A DNA stretch of 64,000 nt from Terracidiphilus sp. (GTDB lineage: Bacteria > Acidobacteriota > Terriglobia > Terriglobales > Acidobacteriaceae): NCBI GenBank assembly GCA_049514915.1, contig JBEKUP010000014.1:27887-91886 (forward strand), given 5' to 3'. Positions 10,279 through 18,930 of the stretch are shown here, one piece after another (position 1 is the first letter of the stretch; each line of letters starts with the position of its first letter). Under the pieces are notes generated by a model that was given only the letters and a program-made list of their open reading frames with translations, searched no databases and was not told the origin of the DNA. The position numbers and the translations under genes were made by a program.

Positions 10279-10866
10279 TCAGTCTCCCGCCGGAAGTTTG
10301 CAACAGTCTCCGCTTGCTACGGGTTCGTTGCTGCCGGCATCCAGAACCACCTTCCAGTTTCCATCCGGCTGCTTCCGCCAGATGGTCATGTACCGGCCGC
10401 TCGTCGTCACCGGGTTACCGTTGGCGTCCTTGCTGTGCCCCTCATAGTGACCCCAGGTGTAGCCCATATCCCCTGATGGCCCCATCATCGCGTCCGTCGG
10501 CGTCCAGGTGAGCTGGTACTGCTTGGGAGACCAATTGGCATCCTTGACGATCGCCACGCGTCCGACCACTGGCGCCTGGCCGTTGCTCAGCTCTACGCCG
10601 TCTTCGGCAAACCAATCCCCGAACGCTGCGCCGCCGCGCTCCAGCACATCCTTGGCGAAACGTGCTTCCAGGTCAAACAGAATCATCTTTCCCGGCTTCA
10701 CGGTCGGGTCGGTCAGCGGATTGGCCGCATTCGTTGCCGCGCCCGGTTCCGGCAACTGCGCAAAAACCACCAGGGATGCCGCGCCCGCCAACACGCTTAT
10801 CAGAACCAAAGCACGAAAAAGTCTTTTAACCGTTGCAGCCACCTTCAGGACCCTCCCGTAGCGCAT
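10279..10866 (-). CDS. SnoaL/DUF4440-like (NTF2-fold) secreted protein
   Basis: 195 aa with a signal-like N-terminus (LVLISVLAGAASLVVFAQ). The C-terminal 'GRYMTIWRKQPDGNWKVVLD' is the typical end of DUF4440/ketosteroid-isomerase-like proteins. Family name recalled, not searched. Confidence 0.6.
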   Translation of the reverse strand: MRYGRVLKVAATVKRLFRALVLISVLAGAASLVVFAQLPEPGAATNAANPLTDPTVKPGKMILFDLEARFAKDVLERGGAAFGDWFAEDGVELSNGQAPVVGRVAIVKDANWSPKQYQLTWTPTDAMMGPSGDMGYTWGHYEGHSKDANGNPVTTSGRYMTIWRKQPDGNWKVVLDAGSNEPVASGDCCKLPAGD

Positions 10867-11355
10867 CGCGATCTACCAGCCAATCGTACAACGATGGGTT
10901 CGCAGCGGCTGTGATGACGGCCGCATGAAGCAAACAGCGGGCTGCACCCGGTCCAAATGTGTTGTTGCATGACTGGAGCTTCCTCGTTGCTTACGGTGAC
11001 AGGCGCCGACACGGCGGTCAGCAGGCAGGAGGACACAAACGAACGCAGGCCGAACCAATGCGCGAATCCCATTTTGACCTTTCGGCTCGCGGCAATCATA
11101 GCGTTTCTCATTGGATTCAAAAGGTTTTGGAAGACTGCCGCGGAGTTTGTTCTGGAATAAGTTACACAGGAGCAGGCATTCCATCAGACCGGTGCCAGTG
11201 AGGATGGAGAGCCGGGCAAATCAATAAGCACAGTGAATCGCCAAATTGGTATACTTAAAGGATGTTTTGGGCTCTGTCCCCTCTGCCGCTAAGGGCGGTT
11301 GCAGGCGAACGGCGTCTAACCAGGGACCCGGCAATCTCCCGGGAGAAGGAAGCTC

Positions 11356-13245
11356 ATGGGGACACTGCTGGATTCCATCCAATCGCCTGCTGACCTGAAG
11401 CGCATGACCGCGGCGCAGATGGCTGACCTGGCAGGTGAGATTCGCGAATTCCTCATCCAGACGCTCTCGAAGACCGGCGGGCACCTAGGTCCGAATCTTG
11501 GCGTTGTCGAGCTCACCCTGGCGCTCCATACCGTATTCAATACCCCGGAAGACAAGCTGCTCTTCGACGTGAGCCACCAGGCCTATATTCACAAGATCCT
11601 CACCGGCCGCCTCGATCGATTCGCCACAATTCGCCAGCCTGGCGGCCTCAATGGCTTTATGCTGCGCACCGAAAGCGACCACGATTGTTACGGCGCGGGC
11701 CATGCCGGCACGGCGCTGTCTGCTGCTCTGGGAATGGCGGTCGGCCGCGACCTTTCCGGCGGCAAGGAACATGTGATCGCCGTTGCCGGAGACGCCGCCT
11801 TCACCAACGGCATTTCTTTTGAGGCGCTCAACAACATCGCCGAACAGACCCGGCGGCTGATTGTGGTGCTCAACGACAACGAGTGGTCCATCGACCGCAA
11901 TGTCGGCGCCATCGCCCGGTACTTCCATCGCGTAGTGACCAACGAGCATTACAAGAACCTTCATGCCCAGGCTCATCGGATCCTGGAGAAATTTGGCGGA
12001 AAGACTGCCCTCACCGTTGCACGCCGCGCTGAAGAAGCGGCCAAGGGACTGCTCTGGCCCTCCATGCTTTTTGAAGAATTCGGCTTGCAGTATTTTGGCC
12101 CCATCGACGGCCACAACCTGCCCCTGCTGATTGAAACCTTCAAGTTCCTCAAGACGGTGGACAACCCCGTTCTGCTCCACGTGCTCACGCAGAAGGGCCG
12201 CGGTTTCCAGCCTGCGATTGATGGGACGAAGAAATTCCACGGCCTCGGACCCTACGATCCGGAAACCGGCAAAACCAAACCGGCGGGCCAGCTTACCTGG
12301 TCTGAGGTCTTCGCCAACACGCTGGTAAACCTGGCTACCGACGACCCAAAGATCGTCGCCATCACGGCCGCTATGCCCAACGGCACCGGGCTCGATCTCT
12401 TCCGGCCACACCATCCCACGCGCTACTTCGATGTCGGCATCGCAGAGGAGCATGCGGTGGTGTTTGCCGCCGGCATGGCCACCCAGGGCTATCGTCCCGT
12501 GTGCGCCATTTACTCCACTTTTCTGCAGCGCGCATTCGATCCCATCGTCCACGACGTCTGCCTGCAAAAGCTGCCGGTAGTCTTCTGCATGGACCGCGCC
12601 GGCCTGTCCGGTGACGACGGCCCCACGCACCATGGGCTCTTTGATATCGCCTATCTCCGCGGCATTCCGGAGATTGTCCTGATGGCTCCCAAAGACGAGG
12701 ATGAGCTGGCCGACATGCTCGCCACCTCTGTCCAACTGCCCGGACCCAGCGCAATCCGTTATCCCCGTGGCCTGGTCGCCGGCGTCGCGCGCAAGCCCGA
12801 GCCCCAGCCCATTCCCGTGGGCAAGGCTGAAGTCATCGAGGATGGCCGCGACGTGTGCATCCTTGGCTTGGGGCCCATGCTCTCGCTCGCCAAAGAGCTT
12901 GCTGTGCGCCTTGAACATCAGGGCTACTCCGTCGCGCTGGTCAATCCCCGCTTCGTCAAGCCGCTTGACCGCGAGATGCTTGAACTCTACTCCCGCCGCG
13001 TTGCAGCCTTTGTCACCTTTGAGGATCACGTTAAGATGGGCGGCTTTGGTTCTGCCGTCGTCGAAGCTCTTGAGGATATCGGCGTCCAGGTTCCGGTAGT
13101 GCGCATCGGATGGCCCGATCAGTTCATTGAGCACGGCAAAATCGACGAGCTGCGCGCCCGCTACGGCCTCACCGTCGACGAGGCCGAGGCCCAGGTCCTG
13201 CCCCTGCTGGTTCGCCGTATGCGGCCCAAGCTGGTGGCCAGCTAG
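11356..13245 (+). CDS. dxs: 1-deoxy-D-xylulose-5-phosphate synthase
   Basis: 629 aa. N-terminus 'LLDSIQSPADLKRM...LGPNLGVVELTLALH', TPP-binding 'GDAAFTNG...NDN', and transketolase-like middle and C-terminal domains. GGAGAAGGAAG lies upstream of the ATG. Confidence 0.95.
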   Translation: MGTLLDSIQSPADLKRMTAAQMADLAGEIREFLIQTLSKTGGHLGPNLGVVELTLALHTVFNTPEDKLLFDVSHQAYIHKILTGRLDRFATIRQPGGLNGFMLRTESDHDCYGAGHAGTALSAALGMAVGRDLSGGKEHVIAVAGDAAFTNGISFEALNNIAEQTRRLIVVLNDNEWSIDRNVGAIARYFHRVVTNEHYKNLHAQAHRILEKFGGKTALTVARRAEEAAKGLLWPSMLFEEFGLQYFGPIDGHNLPLLIETFKFLKTVDNPVLLHVLTQKGRGFQPAIDGTKKFHGLGPYDPETGKTKPAGQLTWSEVFANTLVNLATDDPKIVAITAAMPNGTGLDLFRPHHPTRYFDVGIAEEHAVVFAAGMATQGYRPVCAIYSTFLQRAFDPIVHDVCLQKLPVVFCMDRAGLSGDDGPTHHGLFDIAYLRGIPEIVLMAPKDEDELADMLATSVQLPGPSAIRYPRGLVAGVARKPEPQPIPVGKAEVIEDGRDVCILGLGPMLSLAKELAVRLEHQGYSVALVNPRFVKPLDREMLELYSRRVAAFVTFEDHVKMGGFGSAVVEALEDIGVQVPVVRIGWPDQFIEHGKIDELRARYGLTVDEAEAQVLPLLVRRMRPKLVAS

Positions 13246-13409
13246 CCGGTAACTGCATCCAACCCTTGATGTTGCAAACCCGGACAGCCACACACACTCG
13301 CAGGGTGCTGGGCGGCGACCCAATGCCTGCTCCGTCGCCAGTGTTTTGTACAATCCGGAACAGGCCGCCCGGAACCGCTGTGCGACAATCCTCAGCAGGC
13401 CTGTTTTCT

Positions 13410-14888
13410 ATGCGACACTTTGCTTCTTTTCTGCTTTGGATATTCGGTATTGCTTTGGTCGGCGTTCACGCCTGGCCACAGCCACAAGTTCCGGTCATTC
13501 CGAGGGTCCCGGTTTCCACGCCCCTTGTCCTGGCCGGCGGCACGGTTGTCGATGTCACTGACTGGGGTCGCTCCGCAAAAGATCAGCAGGACGCCATCGT
13601 CATCGTTCGCGACGGCCGCATAACCGATGTGGGCGCTCGCGGTGCTATCCCCATCCCCAAAGGCGCGCGCGTCATCGACTGCACCGGCAAGTTCCTCATC
13701 CCGGGGCTGATTGATGGTTTTGCCGGCATGAACTCCCAGGGACAGGCCAACGCCAATCTCTACATGGGCGTCACCTCCGTGGTCGTTCGTGGAGACGAGC
13801 AGCACGGGCCCATCGACCTCAGTGCCAATCCCACACCGCACCTTTACGTGATTGATTCCATCGGCACCACCGACAACTGGAGTCTTCTGGCAAGGCGTCC
13901 GGACTGGTCGGCCAAATTATATGAGGGCGTACACCAGGCCGAGTTGAGTCCTGAGGATACGGCGCGCCAAATGGCCGACACAGCCAAACTTGGCACGCGC
14001 GTCCTCTGGCTCGGCCATGACCTCACCGCAGCCAATACCCAATGGATCATCGCTCATGCCCACCAGATGGGCCTGGTGACCTACGGCGAATTCGTCTCCA
14101 CGCCCTACAGTGTCGGCATTGACGCGGGCGTCGATGTGCTGCTGCATATGGGCCACTATGAGCTTGGCGTCATTCCCGACGAGTTGCAGCGGCCGCTTGT
14201 CGACAGCCCTTCGGGACCATCCGCAAGCACCGCGTACGACTACTCGGAACGCCTGCCTCCCACTGACCCGCACTGGCGCAGGTACGCCGAATTCATTGCT
14301 GAGCACCGCTCCGTGCTCATGCCCACCTTCAGCCTCTCTTATCTGCAGTTGCCCGCGCACCGCAATCTATGGAAGGAGCCTGCCGCCCGGTTGCTTGATC
14401 CCGCTCACATGTATCAGCCTTCCGATCCCACCACCGGCGAGACGATCTATCCGCTCCCCACCTGGGCTCGCCGCATGCCCGCCATTGTGCAGCGCTACTT
14501 GCTCGAGAACCAGGAAAAGAAGGCCGATCAGTCCGCCCTGCGGCTCTGGCATATCAACCAGACCATCTTCTCCGCCAATCCTCATTACCTGGCGGCTTCG
14601 GGCGCCTCCGCATTCGGCACCATGGCTGGAATCTCCATGCACACGGAGCTCGAAATGCTGGTCCGCCTCGGGCTCTCCGCGCGCGAGGCGCTGGCCGCGG
14701 CCACCAATAACTATGCGCTGCAGTTTGGCTGGAATGAGATGGGCCAGATCGCGCCCGGCCGCCGCGCCGACATCCTCGTTCTCGACGCCGACCCCACTGC
14801 CAACGTCTGGAATGCGCGCCGCATCTCCGGCATCCTCCTCGACGGAAACCTGCTGGACCGCGATAGCCTGCTCACCCTTCGGAAATAA
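13410..14888 (+). CDS. Amidohydrolase-family protein (secreted)
   Basis: Preferred ATG 13410 gives the signal-like MRHFASFLLWIFGIALVGVHAW; the track ORF begins at TTG 13266. C-terminus 'GQIAPGRRADILVLDADP' is the classic amidohydrolase tail, with 'LIPGLIDG' near the N-terminus. Confidence 0.75.
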   Translation: MRHFASFLLWIFGIALVGVHAWPQPQVPVIPRVPVSTPLVLAGGTVVDVTDWGRSAKDQQDAIVIVRDGRITDVGARGAIPIPKGARVIDCTGKFLIPGLIDGFAGMNSQGQANANLYMGVTSVVVRGDEQHGPIDLSANPTPHLYVIDSIGTTDNWSLLARRPDWSAKLYEGVHQAELSPEDTARQMADTAKLGTRVLWLGHDLTAANTQWIIAHAHQMGLVTYGEFVSTPYSVGIDAGVDVLLHMGHYELGVIPDELQRPLVDSPSGPSASTAYDYSERLPPTDPHWRRYAEFIAEHRSVLMPTFSLSYLQLPAHRNLWKEPAARLLDPAHMYQPSDPTTGETIYPLPTWARRMPAIVQRYLLENQEKKADQSALRLWHINQTIFSANPHYLAASGASAFGTMAGISMHTELEMLVRLGLSAREALAAATNNYALQFGWNEMGQIAPGRRADILVLDADPTANVWNARRISGILLDGNLLDRDSLLTLRK

Positions 14889-14897
14889 CTCTCCAAC

Positions 14898-15452
14898 TCA
14901 TCCGCACTGCGATGCCAATCGCGCGGCAGCCGTCAGCACCTCAGTCAACCGCTTCTGGCGATGCGCAAACGCCTCCTCCAAATTCCGTCGGATCATCCCG
15001 TTGCCCAGGCTTCCGATGGCCCCAAAGGGCAGGGAATACTCGATCGCATCCGTTACCAGCGTGCCCTGCACGCCTTTCCGAACCATCGCCTTCGTGGTGT
15101 GGCGATGATCGAACTGATGGAAAGGCCCTTGAATCTGCTCATCGCAAAAGTGGTTGTTCCACTCAAATTCCGTAATCCGCACCCGCGCCTTCATCCGTAC
15201 CCGCGGCCAGGCAAATGGACAAAAACTGATCAAGATCTCCGAGTCCTCCCCGGCCGCAACGCCGGGCAGCTTGCCCACCAGCGGCGGCACCGCAGGTCTG
15301 GCCTTCTTCGGCGCTATCAGATCCAATTCCTCAATGCGGGTTTCCATCCTCGGCGGCATCAGCAACGGAAGTTCGTCAGGATTGGCGAAGTACGCGAAAA
15401 CCACTTCCAACCGAAACGGCACCCACTGGCTCACTTCGAACTTTTGTGCCAT
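14898..15452 (-). CDS. SRPBCC (START/polyketide-cyclase-like) family protein
   Basis: Preferred ATG 15452 (MAQKFEVSQWVPFRLEVVFAYFANPDELPLLMPP...) is a typical SRPBCC N-terminus. The track maximum is 15545. Confidence 0.6.
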   Translation of the reverse strand: MAQKFEVSQWVPFRLEVVFAYFANPDELPLLMPPRMETRIEELDLIAPKKARPAVPPLVGKLPGVAAGEDSEILISFCPFAWPRVRMKARVRITEFEWNNHFCDEQIQGPFHQFDHRHTTKAMVRKGVQGTLVTDAIEYSLPFGAIGSLGNGMIRRNLEEAFAHRQKRLTEVLTAAARLASQCG

Positions 15453-15743
15453 ATAGATTGAACGCTCGCTCCCAGGATCTAATCGGCAACGGTCGATTGG
15501 GTTGCATTTTACCGCGGACGGCTGGCCGCGAACAGGGAATTTCATCCGCGGCTGGCGCCTTCACGATTTTTCGGTGCTGCTCGCTATGGTTTGGATGGCG
15601 GACGGCAACGGATCGTTCGCCTATCTCCGGCCGCGGCGGACCACCCCGCCCATCCCTCGCTTCTCGCCTCCCTTTCGTGAAACTGACCCCCATCGGTTAA
15701 CGTAAGAACAAGCAATCGTTTCCTCCACGTTCCATGGAAGGCC

Positions 15744-16265
15744 ATGACCGATCTCCCCTCGCAACTCTCCCCGGTGCCGCCGCGGCGCAATAAGGGACTC
15801 ATCCTGATTGCCGCCTATAAGATCGTGCAGGCCCTTCTTTTTATCGCTCTCGGTGTCGGTGCTCTGCGCCTGCTTCACAAGGACATTCAGGACGAGTTGA
15901 CTCAGCTCATCGACCACCTGCGTTTCAATCCCGAGTCGAGACTGATCAACTTCATCCTCGTCCAGTCCTCCATCATCAATGACCACATGCTGCGCCGCGT
16001 CAGCGCGGTGCTCTTCGCCTATGCGGGCCTCGGCTTGATCGAGGGCATCGGCCTCTATCTGGAAAAGGGATGGGCCGAATACCTCACCCTCATCATCACC
16101 GCCTCGTTCCTACCTTGGGAGATCTTCGAGGTCATGCGCCGGCTCACATGGATACGGGGCAGCCTGCTGGCGCTGAACGTGCTCGTCTTCTTTTACCTGC
16201 TGAAAGTGGTGACGGAGCGGGTCCGCGTGCGGCGCAGCAAGACCGGCGATCAAGAGTTGCCGTAA
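15744..16265 (+). CDS. DUF2127-like small membrane protein
   Basis: 173 aa with four hydrophobic segments. 'GLILIAAYKIVQALLFIALGVGALRL' resembles DUF2127 proteins as I recall them. Confidence 0.6.
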   Translation: MTDLPSQLSPVPPRRNKGLILIAAYKIVQALLFIALGVGALRLLHKDIQDELTQLIDHLRFNPESRLINFILVQSSIINDHMLRRVSAVLFAYAGLGLIEGIGLYLEKGWAEYLTLIITASFLPWEIFEVMRRLTWIRGSLLALNVLVFFYLLKVVTERVRVRRSKTGDQELP

Positions 16266-16513
16266 AAGTGTTGTCCCGTCAGCCTGCGCGGAAGTCGTAA
16301 GATGAGTTTTCCTTTATTTTCGCTTTTTATTCTCCTACTATGAACGGAGAAATCTGTCCAGACCCGGAACCAACCAGGTAAACACTAGATATTGTGGTAA
16401 CTTACTTTTTCTAATCTATTAGCAGGTTTTCCCACATTTTGTTCCACATTCAATCATATTCATGCGATTTTCGCCCGGCGGCAACCGCCAAACCGAGGTA
16501 CTATCGACTTGTC

Positions 16514-16548
16514 AGTGGTCAAAAGTGGAGTTGAGTGGCTCAATTTGG
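16514..16548 (+). promoter_or_regulatory. Candidate MraZ operator: AGTGG boxes phased every 10 nt
   Basis: AGTGG at 16514, 16524 and 16534, plus TTTGG at 16544, with exact 10-nt spacing. It lies about 170 nt upstream of mraZ in a 450-nt AT-rich intergenic region. MraZ proteins are known to bind phased GTGG/TGGG direct repeats upstream of the dcw operon. Confidence 0.55.
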
Positions 16549-16716
16549 ACCGCCAACAACACTTTTCAAACCAAGTTTACCCCGGTTCTCCGTATCCAAC
16601 GCAGTTTTTAACCCCCAAACCCGCTGAGGTACCCGCTCAGCTAACCAGGTGAAACCCGAACGGGTCAGGCGGAACGGAACCAAGTTTCCCCCGCCGAAGG
16701 CAGTGAGGCAAGAAAC

Positions 16717-17166
16717 ATGTTTCGCGGAAACCATCCGGCCAAGGTCGATGAGAAGGGACGGCTCAAGCTTCCCGCTGCTTTCAAGCAGCTTCTGGAAGCG
16801 CGCGACGTTACCCAGGTCTACATCACCAGCGTGGATGGCAAGTGCGCCCAGGTCTGGCCACTTTCGGAGTGGGAAAAACATGAAGCGATGTTAGCCGACT
16901 CCGGCGCCATGGACGATGCTGTGGACAAGTACCTGAACCTGACCAGCTACTACGGCCACCAGGTTGAGATCGACAACCAGGCGCGCGTCCTGCTGCCCCA
17001 GATACTTCGCGGCAGCGCCCAGTTGGACGGCGAAGTGACGATCTTCGGCAAGTTGACGTACCTCGAAGTTCGTAACCGGGAGATCTTCGAACAGAATCTG
17101 CCGGCCTACACATTAACGGCGGAAGAGCGCCAGGCAATTGCGGCGAAGACGCGCCGTACAGGTTGA
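16717..17166 (+). CDS. mraZ: Division/cell-wall cluster transcriptional regulator MraZ
   Basis: 149 aa. 'MFRGNHPAKVDEKGRLKLPAAF' plus a second SpoVT/AbrB-like repeat 'DNQARVLLPQIL'. First gene of the dcw cluster. Confidence 0.95.
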   Translation: MFRGNHPAKVDEKGRLKLPAAFKQLLEARDVTQVYITSVDGKCAQVWPLSEWEKHEAMLADSGAMDDAVDKYLNLTSYYGHQVEIDNQARVLLPQILRGSAQLDGEVTIFGKLTYLEVRNREIFEQNLPAYTLTAEERQAIAAKTRRTG

Positions 17167-17192
17167 ACGGTGAAAATCCCCCAGGGGAACGC

Positions 17193-18134
17193 ATGACGAA
17201 TACGAGTGATCGCCATGTGCCGGTTCTTTTTCAACAAGCGATTGATTTCCTGAACGTACGCGCGGGCGGAACCTACGCCGACTGCACGCTGGGAATGGCT
17301 GGGCATGCCGAAGGCATCGTCCGGCGGCTGGGCCCGGAAGGCCGGCTGATTGGTTTCGACCGGGATCCGGAAGCGTTGGAACTGGCCAAGGTCCGGCTTG
17401 CGAGAGTTCTGAATGAGCTGGGAAGTGCGGCGCCCACGGTGACGCTGGTTGGCAAGGCCTTCAGCGCTATCGAAGAAGATGTGCAACCGGCTTCGCTCGA
17501 TGGCCTGCTCGCCGATTTCGGCGTCAGCAGCCTGCAGTTCGACGAAGCGCGCAGAGGATTCAGTTTTCAGGCGGATGGGCCTTTGGATATGCGGATGGAC
17601 ACGCGATCCGGCCAGACCGCCGAACAAGTGGTAAACGAGGCTGACGAGCGAGAGCTTGCAGACCTCATTTACGAATACGGAGAGGAAAGGAGGTCGCGGA
17701 GAATCGCCAGAGCCATTGTGCGGGGCCGGCCTATAGCAACAACCGGGCAGTTAGCCAGAGTTGTTGCCCAAGCCGGTCCTCACATGAAAGGGGCAATGAA
17801 ACAGGAGCGCATTCATCCCGCCACCCGCACCTTTCAGGCCCTTCGTATTTATGTGAATCGGGAGCTGGATGAAATCAAGGCATTAATGGAGGCCGCACCA
17901 AAGTTGCTTAAGCCCTCCGGACGTTTGGTCGTCATCAGCTTTCACTCGTTGGAAGACCGCATTGCGAAAGACACTCTGCGGGAAGGCGCACACAACGGAA
18001 TATTTGAAATCCTGACCAGAAAACCGGTCATCGCGGAAGAAGAAGAAACGGACAGAAATCCGCGCTCCCGCAGCGCCAAGCTGCGAGCAGCGGAGAAAAC
18101 AGAAGTCAGATTACAGATGACAGGTTACAGATGA
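17193..18134 (+). CDS. rsmH: 16S rRNA (cytosine1402-N4)-methyltransferase
   Basis: 'HVPVLFQQAIDFL', 'DCTLGMAGH', 'DGLLADFGVSSLQFD', 'SFHSLEDRIAK', 'NPRSRSAKLRAAEK'. ATG 17193 is preferred over TTG 17163. The last 8-9 codons (..RLQMTGYR*) lie inside the inverted-repeat element at 18109-18272. Confidence 0.93.
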   Translation: MTNTSDRHVPVLFQQAIDFLNVRAGGTYADCTLGMAGHAEGIVRRLGPEGRLIGFDRDPEALELAKVRLARVLNELGSAAPTVTLVGKAFSAIEEDVQPASLDGLLADFGVSSLQFDEARRGFSFQADGPLDMRMDTRSGQTAEQVVNEADERELADLIYEYGEERRSRRIARAIVRGRPIATTGQLARVVAQAGPHMKGAMKQERIHPATRTFQALRIYVNRELDEIKALMEAAPKLLKPSGRLVVISFHSLEDRIAKDTLREGAHNGIFEILTRKPVIAEEEETDRNPRSRSAKLRAAEKTEVRLQMTGYR

Positions 18135-18272
18135 CAGTGAAAAGCGGTGACCTGGCAACTACAACGATTTTGGGGAACATGTGCAGCCTTGCAGAGAACG
18201 GATACGGAGTGAGCAGTAGCACCGCGCAAGAGCGATTCGGTAACTGTCATCTGTAACCTGTCATCTGTAATC
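18109..18272. repeat. 164-bp element bounded by perfect 30-bp terminal inverted repeats (MITE-like or long hairpin)
   Basis: 18109-18138 (gaTTACAGATGACAGGTTACAGATGACAGt) is the exact reverse complement of 18243-18272. Each arm is itself a 2x tandem of the 14-mer TTACAGATGACAGG (7-nt periodicity). The spacer is 104 nt. The left arm overlaps the 3' end and stop codon of rsmH. Confidence 0.85.
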
Positions 18273-18292
18273 GGCGACGCAAGGAGCAAACC

Positions 18293-18799
18293 ATGGCGGC
18301 AATGACCACAACCTATTACGAAGCGGGACGCGGCTGGAACGCGCGCGTAGCCGAGCGCAACGCCGAACTCCTGGCGCAGCAACCCCTGCGCCGGCGCGGA
18401 GTGCGTACGCCGGAGTTCCACTTCCCCCGCCACTTTGACAACTCCCGCCTGGTCAAGGCGCCCGATCCGGTGCGCGTGCGCGAAATGCGCATCTTCTGCG
18501 CGGCCGCCTGCGTGCTCCTTACTCTGGTCATGGTCTATGGTTTGCAGCACTTCTACGCCATTGAAGGCGGCTATCGCGTTGAGGCGGAAAAGCAGATGCG
18601 CGATCAGCTCCGCGAAGAGAATCGCCAGCTTCGCCTCTCTGAGGCCCAGCTCACGCAGCCTGCACGCATCGATCTGATGGCCCGCCAGCTTGGGCTTGAC
18701 GCGCCTCAGCCCGGCCAGGTGGTTCATCCAGTAGCGCATGTTGACTCGGCCGCTCCGGCTCTTGCCCAGGTAACGCCTCCGGTGTCCCCTGTGCAATAA
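18293..18799 (+). CDS. ftsL: Cell division protein FtsL (septum formation initiator-like)
   Basis: 168 aa in the canonical position between rsmH and ftsI. One TM segment (IFCAAACVLLTLVMVYGLQ) is followed by a coiled coil 'EAEKQMRDQLREENRQLRLSEAQL' and 'PARIDLMARQLGL'. AAGGAG RBS upstream. Confidence 0.75.
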   Translation: MAAMTTTYYEAGRGWNARVAERNAELLAQQPLRRRGVRTPEFHFPRHFDNSRLVKAPDPVRVREMRIFCAAACVLLTLVMVYGLQHFYAIEGGYRVEAEKQMRDQLREENRQLRLSEAQLTQPARIDLMARQLGLDAPQPGQVVHPVAHVDSAAPALAQVTPPVSPVQ

Positions 18800-18810
18800 C
18801 CGAAAAGGCC

Positions 18811-18927
18811 GCCTTCAGCCTTCAGCCATTAGCTTTGAAAGAATGGGCGTCTTGCTTTCGAGACCTGGAAGAGCTGGAAGCTGGGGCTAAAAGCTGAGAG
18901 CTGAAGGCCGAAAGCTGAAAGCTCACT
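18811..18927. repeat. Inverted arrays of heptanucleotide repeats (imperfect long hairpin) abutting the ftsI start
   Basis: Left array GCCTTCA GCCTTCA GCCATTA GCTTTGA (18811-18838). Right array is eight 7-nt units of GCTGRRA type (18872-18927). 18811-18833 pairs with 18886-18908 with 4 mismatches in 23. The array ends 4 nt before the ftsI ATG. Confidence 0.75.
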
Positions 18928-18930
18928 CTT

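Noticed and set aside
10845-11184. ORFs 10845-11120 and 10873-11184 (minus) in the spacer before dxs
   Set aside because: They overlap each other and the start of the DUF4440-like gene. They have no RBS or motif support and are treated as intergenic.
11485-13353. 622-aa minus-strand ORF opposite dxs
   Set aside because: This is a typical long antisense ORF of high-GC DNA. It has no recognisable motifs and a Gly/Ala/Arg/Val-biased composition, whereas the plus-strand frame has unmistakable Dxs motifs.
18109-18927. Considered whether the repeat-rich rsmH-ftsL-ftsI spacers could be a CRISPR array
   Set aside because: The repeats are 7-14-nt units in inverted orientation around a single spacer each. 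There are no regularly spaced 25-40-nt direct repeats and no cas genes in the window.
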